Below are positions 37,817-47,870 of a stretch of 56,493 nt of DNA, piece after piece. The first letter of the stretch is position 1. Each line of letters begins with the position of its first letter. Source of the stretch: Candidatus Dojkabacteria bacterium (GTDB lineage: Bacteria; Patescibacteriota; Dojkabacteria; J137); the NCBI GenBank assembly GCA_025061805.1, contig JANWZV010000001.1:60498-116990 (forward strand), in the 5' to 3' direction. A program made the translations under genes and the position numbers. The notes beneath the pieces are model-generated. The model was not told the DNA's origin. It made no database searches and was given only the letters and a program-made list of their open reading frames with translations.

Positions 37817-37824
37817 TATAAATA
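37817..37824 (+). promoter_or_regulatory. TATAAATA motif upstream of the radical SAM gene at 37832
   Basis: Exact T4 late consensus located 7 nt before the ATG. Confidence 0.35.
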
Positions 37825-37831
37825 TTTTTCA

Positions 37832-39019
37832 ATGATAAAGAAAAACAACATAATTTCTGTTGAATACAGATATAATCCGAAAAATAGTATGAGTGTAGAC
37901 TGGTATATCGGAAGAAGATGCAATTACGATTGTTCTTATTGTTCTGCTTTTTTACATGACAATAAAAGTCCACACATGAATATAGAAGTCATGAAGAATT
38001 TCGTGGATGTGGTTTATAATAAATTCGAAAAAAATGTATTATGGAGTTTAACTGGAGGAGAACCAACCGTTCATCCGAAATTTCATGAACTTATCGAATA
38101 TATAAAAATAAAAAAAGGCTGTGAACATCTATCCATAACGACAAATGGCTCTATACCTGTATCGAAATTTCTTGAATATTATGAAATATTGGATTCTATT
38201 ACTTTTAGTTTACATTTTGAATATATTCATGACAAGATAGAAGAATATTATGAAAAAGTAATTAAGTTAGAAGAGTTTAGATTAAGACATAATGAAAAAT
38301 CAAACAATTACAAGAATTTGATCGTAAGATTCATGGTTCTGAATAAATATTTCGATAAAATAATGTATTTCTATGATAAGATAAAAGGAAAGATAAACAC
38401 CATAGAATTGAGATATATCAGATTACCCGCCATAGAAGAAAGAACAAAACCCAAACAAATAAATTTTATACAAAATTATCATAAAATAAAATCAAGAAAT
38501 AACGAAATATACGAAAAAATAAAAGATTTTGAATTTGAGGTAAAAGACAATAAGGAAATAATAGTTACTAGTGAAGATTATCAGAATGATCAGATAAAAG
38601 AAGATAACATAATTTATACGGAAGAACAAAAAGCAGAAATAAATAAAAAATATAATGAAATTCCGGAAGATCAAAAAAAATTGAATGTTTTTTACGAAGA
38701 AAACGGAGAAATAAAGAAAACAAACATGCATTACAATTACTTTTGTTTTAATAGGTATAATAATTTCAAAAATTGGTTATGCTATGCGGGTTCGCGACAT
38801 ATAAAAATAGATCCAGATGGAAATATTTTTGTTGGTTCATGTCATTTCGGAGGAAAATTGGGAAATATAAAAAACGGAGATATAAGAATATTAGATTATC
38901 CGATTAGATGTAAAAGAAACAAATGCACGGATAATTTGGATCTTAAAATTCTTAAGATCAAAGATTGGAAATATTCAGAAATAGTAGAAAGAATGAAAAA
39001 TGAGTGCAGTCAAATATGA
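37832..39019 (+). CDS. Radical SAM enzyme (paralog family C)
   Basis: The start was set at ATG 37832 (MIKKNNIIS). Motifs are CNYDCSYC and LTGGEPTVHP. The C-terminus reads WLCYAGSRHIKIDPDGNIFVGSCHFGGKLGNI...CKRNKC. Confidence 0.8.
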   Translation: MIKKNNIISVEYRYNPKNSMSVDWYIGRRCNYDCSYCSAFLHDNKSPHMNIEVMKNFVDVVYNKFEKNVLWSLTGGEPTVHPKFHELIEYIKIKKGCEHLSITTNGSIPVSKFLEYYEILDSITFSLHFEYIHDKIEEYYEKVIKLEEFRLRHNEKSNNYKNLIVRFMVLNKYFDKIMYFYDKIKGKINTIELRYIRLPAIEERTKPKQINFIQNYHKIKSRNNEIYEKIKDFEFEVKDNKEIIVTSEDYQNDQIKEDNIIYTEEQKAEINKKYNEIPEDQKKLNVFYEENGEIKKTNMHYNYFCFNRYNNFKNWLCYAGSRHIKIDPDGNIFVGSCHFGGKLGNIKNGDIRILDYPIRCKRNKCTDNLDLKILKIKDWKYSEIVERMKNECSQI

Positions 39020-39941
39020 TTATAAAAAATTAACGACAAATATCGATAATTTTTTATACATATCTTGGGAAGTAACCACGTTTTGTAATTATTCTTGTAG
39101 TTATTGTTGGCCTGAATCACATGATAATGTAAATAAATGGCCCACTGATTTCAATAAAATTGTTATTTTTTTCAATAAATTAAGAAAAGCTTACGAAAAC
39201 AAAAAAATTTTTATTGAAATAATGGGGGGTGAACCTACGCTTTGGCCTGATTTGAAGAATTTCATAAGATTTTTTAATAATAATTTTTTTATTAATTTGG
39301 TTACTAATTTTACTAAGAATAAAAGATACTGGGAAGATTTTCCTAGAGTTTGTCTTTTTTCTTTATCTTTTCATCCCGAAAGAGCATCTGTTGATAATTT
39401 TTTAGAAAAATTAGATATATTATGTAAAAAACAAGAAAATATAGCTATATCGTTTATGTATTTACCGCAATACAAAGAAAAAAACTTCGAAATGATAAAA
39501 AAAATAAAAGAAAAAAATTACAAAGTTTTTTTTGTTTCAAAAATAATCAAAAATTATGAAACTGGAATGCACTTGGAATCATATACAAAAGAGGATTTCG
39601 ATAATATTAAAAGAAATAATTTTTATAATAGTAATAATTTGAATTTAATTTTTCCTAGTAAATTCGTATTAGATGGAAAAGAACAGAACATTAATTTTTG
39701 GAAAGAAATTCAGGAAAAGAAACAAAATTCTTGGGTCGGATGGAAATGTTATATAGGTAGCAAAAGATTGTTCATAAAAGCAAACGGTGATATATATAAA
39801 GCTACATGCAGAGTCGGGGGGAAAATAGGAAATATTTATGATGAAAATTTTTTCAAACTAGAAAAAGAATATGAAATATGTACTAAAAAGATTTGTGAAT
39901 GTAAAGTAGATGCTTTTATAGAAAAAGAATTCGTTGAATAA
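39000..39941 (+). CDS. Radical SAM enzyme (paralog family C)
   Basis: Motifs are CNYSCSYC and IMGGEPTLWP. The C-terminus reads GWKCYIGSKRLFIKANGDIYKATCRVGGKIGNI...CTKKICEC. It overlaps the previous gene by 20 nt. Confidence 0.8.
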   Translation: MSAVKYDYKKLTTNIDNFLYISWEVTTFCNYSCSYCWPESHDNVNKWPTDFNKIVIFFNKLRKAYENKKIFIEIMGGEPTLWPDLKNFIRFFNNNFFINLVTNFTKNKRYWEDFPRVCLFSLSFHPERASVDNFLEKLDILCKKQENIAISFMYLPQYKEKNFEMIKKIKEKNYKVFFVSKIIKNYETGMHLESYTKEDFDNIKRNNFYNSNNLNLIFPSKFVLDGKEQNINFWKEIQEKKQNSWVGWKCYIGSKRLFIKANGDIYKATCRVGGKIGNIYDENFFKLEKEYEICTKKICECKVDAFIEKEFVE

Positions 39942-40001
39942 TGTTTTTTGTGATGAATTATGATTTATATAATATGCTTTATGCTTTTTATTGTAAAATA
40001 T

Positions 40002-40009
40002 GATAAATA
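40002..40009 (+). promoter_or_regulatory. GATAAATA motif upstream of ORF 40038
   Basis: 8-mer located 28 nt before the ATG. Confidence 0.3.
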
Positions 40010-40037
40010 TATTAAATAAAAACACATCATTAAAAAA

Positions 40038-40430
40038 ATGAAATACTATATTAAATTTTCTTCCGTAGAATCTGAAATTTTTGATGAATTAGAATCAGAT
40101 GAAGAAAAAAGAAAAATTCCAATAAAAATATATAGACATATTTTTGACGGTCTATATACGGAAAAAATAGATTCTTCATTTGAAGAAATAAACGGAGATG
40201 AAATAGAAAAAAATAATTTTTGCTATATTTTGTATTGCATATGTGTTAACGAAGAAAAAAAGGAAATAGTTAAACCTTTGTATATTTTAAAGGATGAGGA
40301 TGGTAATGTTCTTTCTGAATTATATCAATTATATGAAAAAGACAAAAAAATTATTTTTCGAAATCATGAAATAGATTTAAAAAATTACGAATTGAAAAAC
40401 ATAGGTTTAAAAAAGATTTTCTTAAGATGA
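40038..40430 (+). CDS. Hypothetical protein (130 aa)
   Basis: ORF from the track. Confidence 0.55.
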   Translation: MKYYIKFSSVESEIFDELESDEEKRKIPIKIYRHIFDGLYTEKIDSSFEEINGDEIEKNNFCYILYCICVNEEKKEIVKPLYILKDEDGNVLSELYQLYEKDKKIIFRNHEIDLKNYELKNIGLKKIFLR

Positions 40431-40864
40431 AATTTTATGAATTTTTTTGTTTCAAGATAGAAGAACTGAAAAATTATACATCCATTGCGTTTGATTTGGA
40501 CGGAACCTTAATAGGAGACAACTATTACAAGCATTGTTTTTGGGATTTTATTTCAAAAAATAAAAATATAGATTATTTTATTGTCACTTTTAGAGAAAGA
40601 AAAGAGTGTGTTTCTTTATGGGAAGAAATAGAAAAAGAATCGAATGGCCTCTTGACAAAAAATAATTTCAAAACTCATGATTTTTTTATTGACAATTTTG
40701 TAAAACAAAATAATAATGAACTAAAATTATGGAAAGGATTTGTCTGTGCAAATATAGGCGCACAGATCTTGGTTGATGATATGCAAGAATTGGTCATAGA
40801 AGGATGTAAAAAGTATGGAATTGACTTTTTCAACTCCAAGACGTTGTCTTTAAGAAAATTTTAA
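40427..40864 (+). CDS. HAD-superfamily phosphatase-like protein
   Basis: IAFDLDGTLIGD is DxDGT (HAD motif I). A distal ILVDDMQE segment is present. The start forms an ATGA overlap with the previous gene. Confidence 0.45.
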   Translation: MKFYEFFCFKIEELKNYTSIAFDLDGTLIGDNYYKHCFWDFISKNKNIDYFIVTFRERKECVSLWEEIEKESNGLLTKNNFKTHDFFIDNFVKQNNNELKLWKGFVCANIGAQILVDDMQELVIEGCKKYGIDFFNSKTLSLRKF

Positions 40865-40866
40865 AA

Positions 40867-40947
40867 ATGAAAGAAGGAATATTCAAATTTATTATTATTT
40901 TATTAATTTTATTTGGTATGTTACATTATTTTGGACTTCTTTTTTAA
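40867..40947 (+). CDS. Possible 26-aa hydrophobic mini-protein
   Basis: My own translation is MKEGIFKFIIILLILFGMLHYFGLLF*. It starts 2 nt after the previous stop and is below the ORF-track cutoff. Confidence 0.25.
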   Translation: MKEGIFKFIIILLILFGMLHYFGLLF

Positions 40948-40996
40948 TTGTTTTGATTGACAAAATACTTTTTTTATCATAGAACAATGATAAATA

Positions 40997-41377
40997 ATGG
41001 AAGAAGGAAAAATGGAAAAAGACACCATTTCTGATGTCTTTTTGATTGCGATCCCGGCAGGATCAGAAATTCTTAAGATGAATTCTTCAAATAAATCTAT
41101 CGAATTTTTTCAAAATAAGAATGCCATAACCGTGAATGGCGTGGTCATTAAAGAAATTTACCTGAAGCCTTATAATTTTGATGAAAATTCAAGAAAAATT
41201 TTGGATGATTTGTACAATTATCGTTCGGTTTTCGACTCTTTGTCTGAACAAGAAAAAAAGGAATTCATGTTTGTGGATAGATTTCCAAAGGTTTGCTGGA
41301 CAGATGGCGAAGATTTATACTTCACCAATTTTGATCAATTTGTTGCAGCTTTCAACAATCAAAAATATCTTCATTAA
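40997..41377 (+). CDS. Hypothetical protein (126 aa; the start may be ATG 41012)
   Basis: ORF from the track. A GATAAATA at 40989-40996 abuts the first ATG, so the second ATG (MEKD...) is an alternative start. Confidence 0.55.
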   Translation: MEEGKMEKDTISDVFLIAIPAGSEILKMNSSNKSIEFFQNKNAITVNGVVIKEIYLKPYNFDENSRKILDDLYNYRSVFDSLSEQEKKEFMFVDRFPKVCWTDGEDLYFTNFDQFVAAFNNQKYLH

Positions 41378-41422
41378 TTTTTTGATTTGAAAATAATGAT
41401 TGTAAAAATCAACATCTTTTTC

Positions 41423-43804
41423 TTATAACCAGCGCCAGTTGTTGTGCAAATCTAGGTCAAAATCGAAAATTCTTATATTTTTGTTTGTACTGGTTGTCTT
41501 ATAATATCTATCGACAATGAAGCTTTTTCCATAGAAATTGTTTTTCCAGAAATTATTCAAAAGAGATAAAACTTGAAAACCGAGATTCGGTTTAGCAAAA
41601 ATTATTTCCATGGTTAAACTATATTTTTCTTCATCTAACATATGCCATGGAAAAAATTCTTTTTTTGCGTAACCAACATTGTTTAGAAAATCTTTTCTTA
41701 TGTTTGAAATCGTGTTAGGATAAATCTCTTGATACGGATGTGAAGGTATAGGATTGATTACTGGATCTAAAATGTTATTTTTCCAACCTCCGGGCCCGAA
41801 TGTTTTGTTTTGTCTTTTTATTTCGGAATTATCGAACAATTCGACATAAACAACATCACAAATATGAATTTTTTCAAGATTGAATATTTTTTTAAATTTT
41901 AAGTTTCCAAAAACAAGTTCGAAAGGAAGATGAAAAGTACTTAATTTATCCGAAGTATTTTTTCTTTTGATGAATTCGAATGTTTGTTGGTCATTCAATT
42001 CTTTATTTCCGCCAGAAATAAGAAGTTTTGGTTTCATGACCAATCCGAAATCAGGATTGAATGGCCTATATATGAGACTATCATCTATTGATTGTAATTT
42101 TTCATTCAATAGTTTCAATTTATCCTTGCCCGTCAATCTTACCCAATAATTTTCACTCGGTTCATTTGAAAATCTTTTTACTACTTTTATTTGAAAATTC
42201 TTGTCCGAAAAAATATTCGGATTATTTATGACCGTTGCTCTTATGGTGAAAGTAAATACCGTATCTTGATTTATCGGTTCTAACCAGCCTATCAAGTCTC
42301 CAGTATATTTGTTTATTTGAAGACCCGGTGGCAGTGGATTCGAGCCAGGAGCCAATGAATATTCTAAATCATCTCCGGTCGAAGTTTGTGCTTCGACATA
42401 AAAATAGCTCGGATATCTTTCGTAAATTGATCCCAAAAACGTTGTCGATGTTAACCAATTTATGGATATCGTAAAAACAGAGCTTAAAGAAAATGGATTT
42501 ACTGTAAGAGTAAAAATTTTTTCTACTGGATTGTTATAACCATCATAAGCAGTAACTAAAAATTGATATGTTTTAGGTTCTGCATCCATAGATATTGTTC
42601 CAAATATTTTTCCATCTTCGGAAAGGCTCAATCCTAAAGGAAGAGACCCTCCTCCTACTGGAGGAGGCGGTGATTCTATAAGAACAACCGGTGGATATAA
42701 ATATCCGGTTCCTCCATTGTTCACTATTATGCCTTTTATTTCTCCATTGTTGATAACTGGTGTTGCAGAGGCTGATGTAATGAACGTTTGTGTCGAAACG
42801 GTGGGAGGTGAAGTATATCCTAAACCTCCGGAAATCTGCGTTGTCGATTGAATAGAGCCACCAAAGATATTTGCGGTGAAATTTGCTCCGCTACCTCCAC
42901 CGCCCGAAAAAATTAAATTTGGCGGAAGTTTGAAGTTATATCCCCCGTTGACTATCGTCAGTGATTGAACAGAACCGCCGGATATATTGGCGTTTATTAC
43001 AGCGCCACCCCCCATGAAAAAATTTATCAATGGCGGATTCGATTGTTTATAATCTTTGCCAGGATCCGTTACTTGAATTGACAATACTGAACCATAGTAC
43101 ATATTTGCAAATGCTTTTGCTCCTTGCCCAAACGGCATTTTATATATTATCGGATCGTTGTCGTTATTCTGTGCATTAAGTTGAATATTTATGTTTTGTC
43201 CTTGAGTAAAATTACCGAGATTTGATGGTGTAAACCAAACCGGCGCAGTTTTTGTTTTTAAAAAGTTATATCTGAATATTATGGTAGAAGAAAAATCATT
43301 GTTGGATGCTGTAACAGAAAAATAATTTATTCCTTTGGGGTTAGAAGACAAAAATGTTCCCTGTAAAGTAGAACCTTGAATAGATATACCATTTGGTAAA
43401 TTATTGGAAGAGTAAGAAATCGTTCCGCTTCCTGTGCCAGGGTCAACATTCAATTGCAAGTAAAAATTTTGATTTTCATAAATGTTTCCTAAGTCTGGAT
43501 CATTTAACCATTTTATAGGTACCGGTTTCTTTTTTACTTCTATGGAAAAGGTTTTTTGAGAAGAAATAAAAGGCGTTTTTGCCAAAACATCAAAAGTAAA
43601 AATTGTAGTTGCATTAACTTGAGTTAAAATACCGTATATTCTTCCGTTGGAAAAAAAGTCTGTCGGACAAACACCCCCGATTAATTCGAAAACTACTGGT
43701 CCTGGACTATTTGTCAAAATTTCTAGCTTGACATCTATTGCCTCATTTTCAAAAGCGGAAACAAGAATACCAGATGGAGTTTTCCAATTTAAATAATAAC
43801 TCAT
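41423..43804 (-). CDS. Virion fibre/baseplate protein with Ig-like (putative-Ig / He_PIG-type) repeats and GY-type repeats (793 aa)
   Basis: LPNGISIQGSTLQGTF, LPLGLSLSEDGKIFGTIS and LPPGLQINKYTGDLIGWL fit the G.LP.GL.l...G.i.Gt pattern. The central repeats read GGSVQSLTIVNGGYNFKLPP, GGSIQSTTQISGGLGYTSPP and GEIKGIIVNNGGTGYLYPP. Confidence 0.5.
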   Translation of the reverse strand: MSYYLNWKTPSGILVSAFENEAIDVKLEILTNSPGPVVFELIGGVCPTDFFSNGRIYGILTQVNATTIFTFDVLAKTPFISSQKTFSIEVKKKPVPIKWLNDPDLGNIYENQNFYLQLNVDPGTGSGTISYSSNNLPNGISIQGSTLQGTFLSSNPKGINYFSVTASNNDFSSTIIFRYNFLKTKTAPVWFTPSNLGNFTQGQNINIQLNAQNNDNDPIIYKMPFGQGAKAFANMYYGSVLSIQVTDPGKDYKQSNPPLINFFMGGGAVINANISGGSVQSLTIVNGGYNFKLPPNLIFSGGGGSGANFTANIFGGSIQSTTQISGGLGYTSPPTVSTQTFITSASATPVINNGEIKGIIVNNGGTGYLYPPVVLIESPPPPVGGGSLPLGLSLSEDGKIFGTISMDAEPKTYQFLVTAYDGYNNPVEKIFTLTVNPFSLSSVFTISINWLTSTTFLGSIYERYPSYFYVEAQTSTGDDLEYSLAPGSNPLPPGLQINKYTGDLIGWLEPINQDTVFTFTIRATVINNPNIFSDKNFQIKVVKRFSNEPSENYWVRLTGKDKLKLLNEKLQSIDDSLIYRPFNPDFGLVMKPKLLISGGNKELNDQQTFEFIKRKNTSDKLSTFHLPFELVFGNLKFKKIFNLEKIHICDVVYVELFDNSEIKRQNKTFGPGGWKNNILDPVINPIPSHPYQEIYPNTISNIRKDFLNNVGYAKKEFFPWHMLDEEKYSLTMEIIFAKPNLGFQVLSLLNNFWKNNFYGKSFIVDRYYKTTSTNKNIRIFDFDLDLHNNWRWL

Positions 43805-43809
43805 GAAAA

Positions 43810-43817
43810 TATTTATG
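43810..43817 (-). promoter_or_regulatory. CATAAATA motif upstream of the gene starting at 43804
   Basis: The plus strand reads TATTTATG. The motif lies 5 nt before the ATG. Confidence 0.25.
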
Positions 43818-43860
43818 AATTATTATCTTTGATATGCTTGAAAAATTTCAATTAAAACTG

Positions 43861-45471
43861 TTAATAGATTCCGTAATCTTTCCTGAAAAAGTCTTTTGTT
43901 ATGAATATATCTCTGTAAATTTTTCTCATATCATCGATATCGTGTTTTCTTTTACCTATTTCTGGTATTTTTCCTTTTATCGTCAAATTGGACATGATGT
44001 ATTTTCTGATAGCATCTTCGAAAATATTCTTGAATTTATCACTGAATATGATCGTTTCTCTTTCTGGGCGCATCCAATGTTCCATAGATAAAATAATTTT
44101 CGGATTGCTGATGATTATTTTTTCTATATCTTTCTCTGTAAAGAATTTCTCTATCAAATCATATCTTCCTTTACTTCCAAAAAAATCCAAAATATACCAT
44201 GGAGATCTTTTTATTAATTCTCGCATGAATTTTTCATCATTCATAAAATTAAATATTATTTTTTCAAGATTGCCTTGTATTGATTTTTTATAGGACAAAT
44301 CATCTGCTATTATTTCTACTAATTTTTCCTTGAATTTATCCAAGAATTTAAAATCCACTATTTCATATATTACTTTGAATATTTCGTCATTCAAAAGCAT
44401 TCTATGTATTATCTTATCGCTAATTTTTCTTAAATGTTTTTCCGTCATATGCAGTCTTAGAAAATTAATAAATCTTTCGTTGGAAAGATTCATTCTTAAG
44501 AAAATCAATATATCATCTGGAGTCATTTCTTTTCCGGACAATATCATATTTGAAAATACTTGTCCTATTTCGTAACTTCCTGTTTTTTCAAAAACTCGAA
44601 CTAAATTTTCGATTGATATATCCCCTCTTTCCAGTAAATGCTCGATTTCTAGTTGCTTTAGATTCTCTATTTCATCATCGGTAAAAGATTTTTTTTCTTC
44701 TTTTGCTTTTTTTATTTTTTCTTCATATTTTGATAATACGTCAGAAACTTTCGGATACTTTTGCAAGAAAATCTTGATGTCTATAGTATTTTTATTTTCA
44801 TCGCTGAAATAATCATGATTATATTCATAAAAATATTTTTTATTTTTATCTTTTAATACTATACAATATATGGGATATTTATCTAATGATGATATTCTTC
44901 TGGAATAGACAAATGCATCCCATTGTGTATTCTTAAATATATAATAGAGATGATTGATATTTTTTGGTCTTAAGATCAATAATTCGTTATCTTCATATAA
45001 AGTAAATTCTCGTAAAAATTCCTTTATTCTTTGTCTTCCTTTTTCAAAACTATCGGAATTATATTTTTTCATCATTTCATAAAAATCAGAAATTTTATAT
45101 ATATACTGTATTCTTTCGTCTTGCGGTTCTAGACTTTTCGTTTTTAATAGATAGTTGTATCTTGATAAAAGAGGTATGACTTTTCTTTTTATCTCTTCAT
45201 AAGTCAAATTATCTTCTTTCAGATAAATATCGAGAATCCAATCAAAATAAGTTCTTATATATATAAATTTATCGCCTGCCAAAGTTTTCAATGATTTATA
45301 AAAATCGCTTATTTTTTCATAAGGATTTGTGTTATCTTTTGCGATTTTTCTTGAATAAGCCTTTTTATTATCTTCCGAAAAATAATCATCATTCAAAAGA
45401 TTCATATCTATTTTGTATAAATTCTCTTTTAATGTTGTTCGATGTCTATATATTATCTCTTTTGCTTTCAT
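43861..45471 (-). CDS. Divergent fourth member of the NTRWC-module paralog family (536 aa)
   Basis: It aligns with the N-terminal module of 50484.., 52863.. and 54917... KFIYIRTYFDWILDIYL..LTYEEIKRKVIPLLSRY matches KFQFIDPYVKWIVQKYV..LYEDILGKVIPGLLRY. FKNTQWDAF occupies the position of GRNTRWCTA. YPIYCIVLKDKNKKYFYEY matches GPLYIILDKKKNKRFQFHF. Confidence 0.6.
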   Translation of the reverse strand: MKAKEIIYRHRTTLKENLYKIDMNLLNDDYFSEDNKKAYSRKIAKDNTNPYEKISDFYKSLKTLAGDKFIYIRTYFDWILDIYLKEDNLTYEEIKRKVIPLLSRYNYLLKTKSLEPQDERIQYIYKISDFYEMMKKYNSDSFEKGRQRIKEFLREFTLYEDNELLILRPKNINHLYYIFKNTQWDAFVYSRRISSLDKYPIYCIVLKDKNKKYFYEYNHDYFSDENKNTIDIKIFLQKYPKVSDVLSKYEEKIKKAKEEKKSFTDDEIENLKQLEIEHLLERGDISIENLVRVFEKTGSYEIGQVFSNMILSGKEMTPDDILIFLRMNLSNERFINFLRLHMTEKHLRKISDKIIHRMLLNDEIFKVIYEIVDFKFLDKFKEKLVEIIADDLSYKKSIQGNLEKIIFNFMNDEKFMRELIKRSPWYILDFFGSKGRYDLIEKFFTEKDIEKIIISNPKIILSMEHWMRPERETIIFSDKFKNIFEDAIRKYIMSNLTIKGKIPEIGKRKHDIDDMRKIYRDIFITKDFFRKDYGIY

Positions 45472-45717
45472 GTTGATTGTCCAAAAAAGGATTTGTTATT
45501 TTTTTGCTTCACGATTTCAATCTGTATTTATTTTTTGGAAGAAAAACCAACAAAGAAAAGATAAACGAGTCCATGTCCAAATTGTAAAGTTTTTTATATT
45601 TAAATTCTATGGTATTGATAAAAATTTTCTTGTTCATGAAGAAGTTATTTAAGTTCAAGAAGTTTCTACGAATTCTATAACAATAGAAACCCTGATTGCA
45701 GATGTCAATATCTTAAT

Positions 45718-46611
45718 TTAATAATGTTCCAAAACTGAAAATATTTTTTTTATTTCGCGAAAATCAAAAAAATCATAAAAGTATGTTTCTCCCGTAAGTT
45801 TCGTGTATAATAAAAAATCTTCTTTCTTGTTTGGATCAATCAGAAAAAAGGTATATCTGTTTATTCTGAATACTTCGTTTTTGTTTTTATGATTTTTTAT
45901 CGAAAAATCCTTGAAATATTCCAAATCCAGATTGTTGTTCGTAAACAACACGCATAAGCAAAAATTTTTATTGAAAAATTCTTCATCATTAAAATTTTTA
46001 TAATTAAAAATCATCGTGTCGTGAAAAATTTTAAGTATTGATATCGGAATCAAAAGTTTGTCATCGGTTTTTCTTCTATTGTTGAAAATCGTGGAAATAT
46101 TATTGAATATTTTCAAATCAACTATGTTTAGGTTTTCAATGAATTGTATATTGTATCTGAGTGTATCTAAATCTTCGAAGTAAAATTCCTTTTCTTTTGT
46201 ATTTTTGTAAAAAAATTTGTATATTTTTATATTATCTATGAAATTTTGATTGATTATTTTGTAATAATTTTTCGTTAAAATCAGCAAAAACGTATATAAA
46301 AATAGTTTTGATAGTTGAGGACTTACGTGAGGGGAATTTTTAAAAATTTTGAATATATCGATTAGATTTTCTTTTTCATCTTTTTCTTTGGCATAAAATA
46401 AAAATCTATTTTCGTCTATATATTTTTTGTATATCTTCATTTCGTTTAATACAAAAGGACCAAAATAACCCAACAAAGACAAATTTTTGTTATATATATT
46501 TTTGAAATCTTCTTCTTTTTCATTAAAGGTAAAACTTATATCCAAATCACTGAACAAACTTAATAAATTATTTTTTTCGTCATATAATCCGAAAAAATTG
46601 TTATATTTCAT
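45718..46611 (-). CDS. Hypothetical protein (297 aa)
   Basis: ORF from the track. Confidence 0.6.
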   Translation of the reverse strand: MKYNNFFGLYDEKNNLLSLFSDLDISFTFNEKEEDFKNIYNKNLSLLGYFGPFVLNEMKIYKKYIDENRFLFYAKEKDEKENLIDIFKIFKNSPHVSPQLSKLFLYTFLLILTKNYYKIINQNFIDNIKIYKFFYKNTKEKEFYFEDLDTLRYNIQFIENLNIVDLKIFNNISTIFNNRRKTDDKLLIPISILKIFHDTMIFNYKNFNDEEFFNKNFCLCVLFTNNNLDLEYFKDFSIKNHKNKNEVFRINRYTFFLIDPNKKEDFLLYTKLTGETYFYDFFDFREIKKIFSVLEHY

Positions 46612-46686
46612 TTTTTATATTTAGAAATTTTTTGTCGATAATGCCCGAAACTTAACTTAAATGATATCTAGTTCTTGAATAATTGT

Positions 46687-47823
46687 TTATAACCTGACAT
46701 CACTGAAAATATCGTCAGTAAGATCGTTTTCTATGGCACCGATAGTATAGCTGCTTATTTCTGTTTCTTGTGGCGCAACTTGGACTTCGGAACCAGCTAT
46801 CCATCTTGATGTCCACGGCAAGGGATTGGATGAAACTTTATATGGAGACTTTAGTCCAACGCTATTCATTCTTTTGGTTGTGATCCATTCGACATAATCA
46901 CAAAGAACCATTTCATTTAGTCCTAACATACTTCCATCCTTAAACAAGTATTTTGCCCAAGCTTTTTCTTGTTCTGCAGCTTGAAGATAAAGTTCTTCGG
47001 CTTCTTTTACTGAATTTTCTTTTATTTCCGCAAAATCTTCATCATCATTAGGTAACATTTTTAACAATGTTTGAGTAGAAGCAAGATGAACGTTTTCGTC
47101 TCTGCAAATGAATTTTATTATTTTTGCATTTCCTTCCATAACTTTTTTAGATTCTGCAAATGCCCAAGAACAAGCAAAAGATACGTAGAATCTTATTCCT
47201 TCCAAAACATTTACGCTCATTATTGTCAACCATAATAGCTTTTTTATTTCTTTTAAAGATACAACTATTTCTTCGCCATTTACGATATGTCTACCTTCTC
47301 CTAATAAATTATACCATTGTACTTTTTCTATGAGTTGATCATAATATTTTGTTATATCTTTTGCACAATCTACAATTTCTTGTATTTCTGTCAATTCGTC
47401 GAAAATAATAGAAGGATCAGGATAAACATTTCTTATGATATGAGTATAAGATCTCGAATGAATTGTTTCATTGAATGCCCAAGTTTGAACCCATATTTCT
47501 AATTCTGGAACCGAAACTATGGGAAGAAAAGCCAAATTCGGAGATCTTCCTTGAACAGAATCCAAGAGTATTTGTCTTTTTAGATTTGACGTAAAGATAT
47601 GTTTTTCGTGTTCTGGAAGTTGTTTGAAATCCTTAGCGTCTCGCAAAATATCTACTTCTTCGGGACGCCAAAAGAAACCCAATTGCTTGTCTGTCAGTTT
47701 ATCGAAATACGGATATTTTAATTTATCATATCTTTGTATTACAACTCCCCCACCTGGGTCCAAGAATAATTTTGCTTTTGTGTGGTCAGTTTTGTTTTCT
47801 AAATTGAATACTGATATTGTCAT
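46687..47823 (-). CDS. nrdB: Ribonucleotide reductase class Ia beta subunit
   Basis: Colinear with E. coli NrdB: FFWRPEEVD, LPEHEKHIF, LLDSVQGRSPN, WAFNETIHSRSYTHIIRN, LEGIRFYVSFACS, EGNAKII, RDENVHL and a C-terminal acidic tail. Confidence 0.92.
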   Translation of the reverse strand: MTISVFNLENKTDHTKAKLFLDPGGGVVIQRYDKLKYPYFDKLTDKQLGFFWRPEEVDILRDAKDFKQLPEHEKHIFTSNLKRQILLDSVQGRSPNLAFLPIVSVPELEIWVQTWAFNETIHSRSYTHIIRNVYPDPSIIFDELTEIQEIVDCAKDITKYYDQLIEKVQWYNLLGEGRHIVNGEEIVVSLKEIKKLLWLTIMSVNVLEGIRFYVSFACSWAFAESKKVMEGNAKIIKFICRDENVHLASTQTLLKMLPNDDEDFAEIKENSVKEAEELYLQAAEQEKAWAKYLFKDGSMLGLNEMVLCDYVEWITTKRMNSVGLKSPYKVSSNPLPWTSRWIAGSEVQVAPQETEISSYTIGAIENDLTDDIFSDVRL

Positions 47824-47870
47824 TTTTCTTTCTTTATTATATGAAATTCGATGTTAAAAAGCAAGTTTTT

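Noticed and set aside
45413-45652. 79-aa plus-strand ORF in the 45472..45717 spacer, together with other short ORFs of 60-100 aa nested antisense in annotated genes throughout the track
   Set aside because: They are F/L/I/S-rich products typical of antisense or intergenic AT-rich DNA. They have no SD or motif and overlap better-supported genes.
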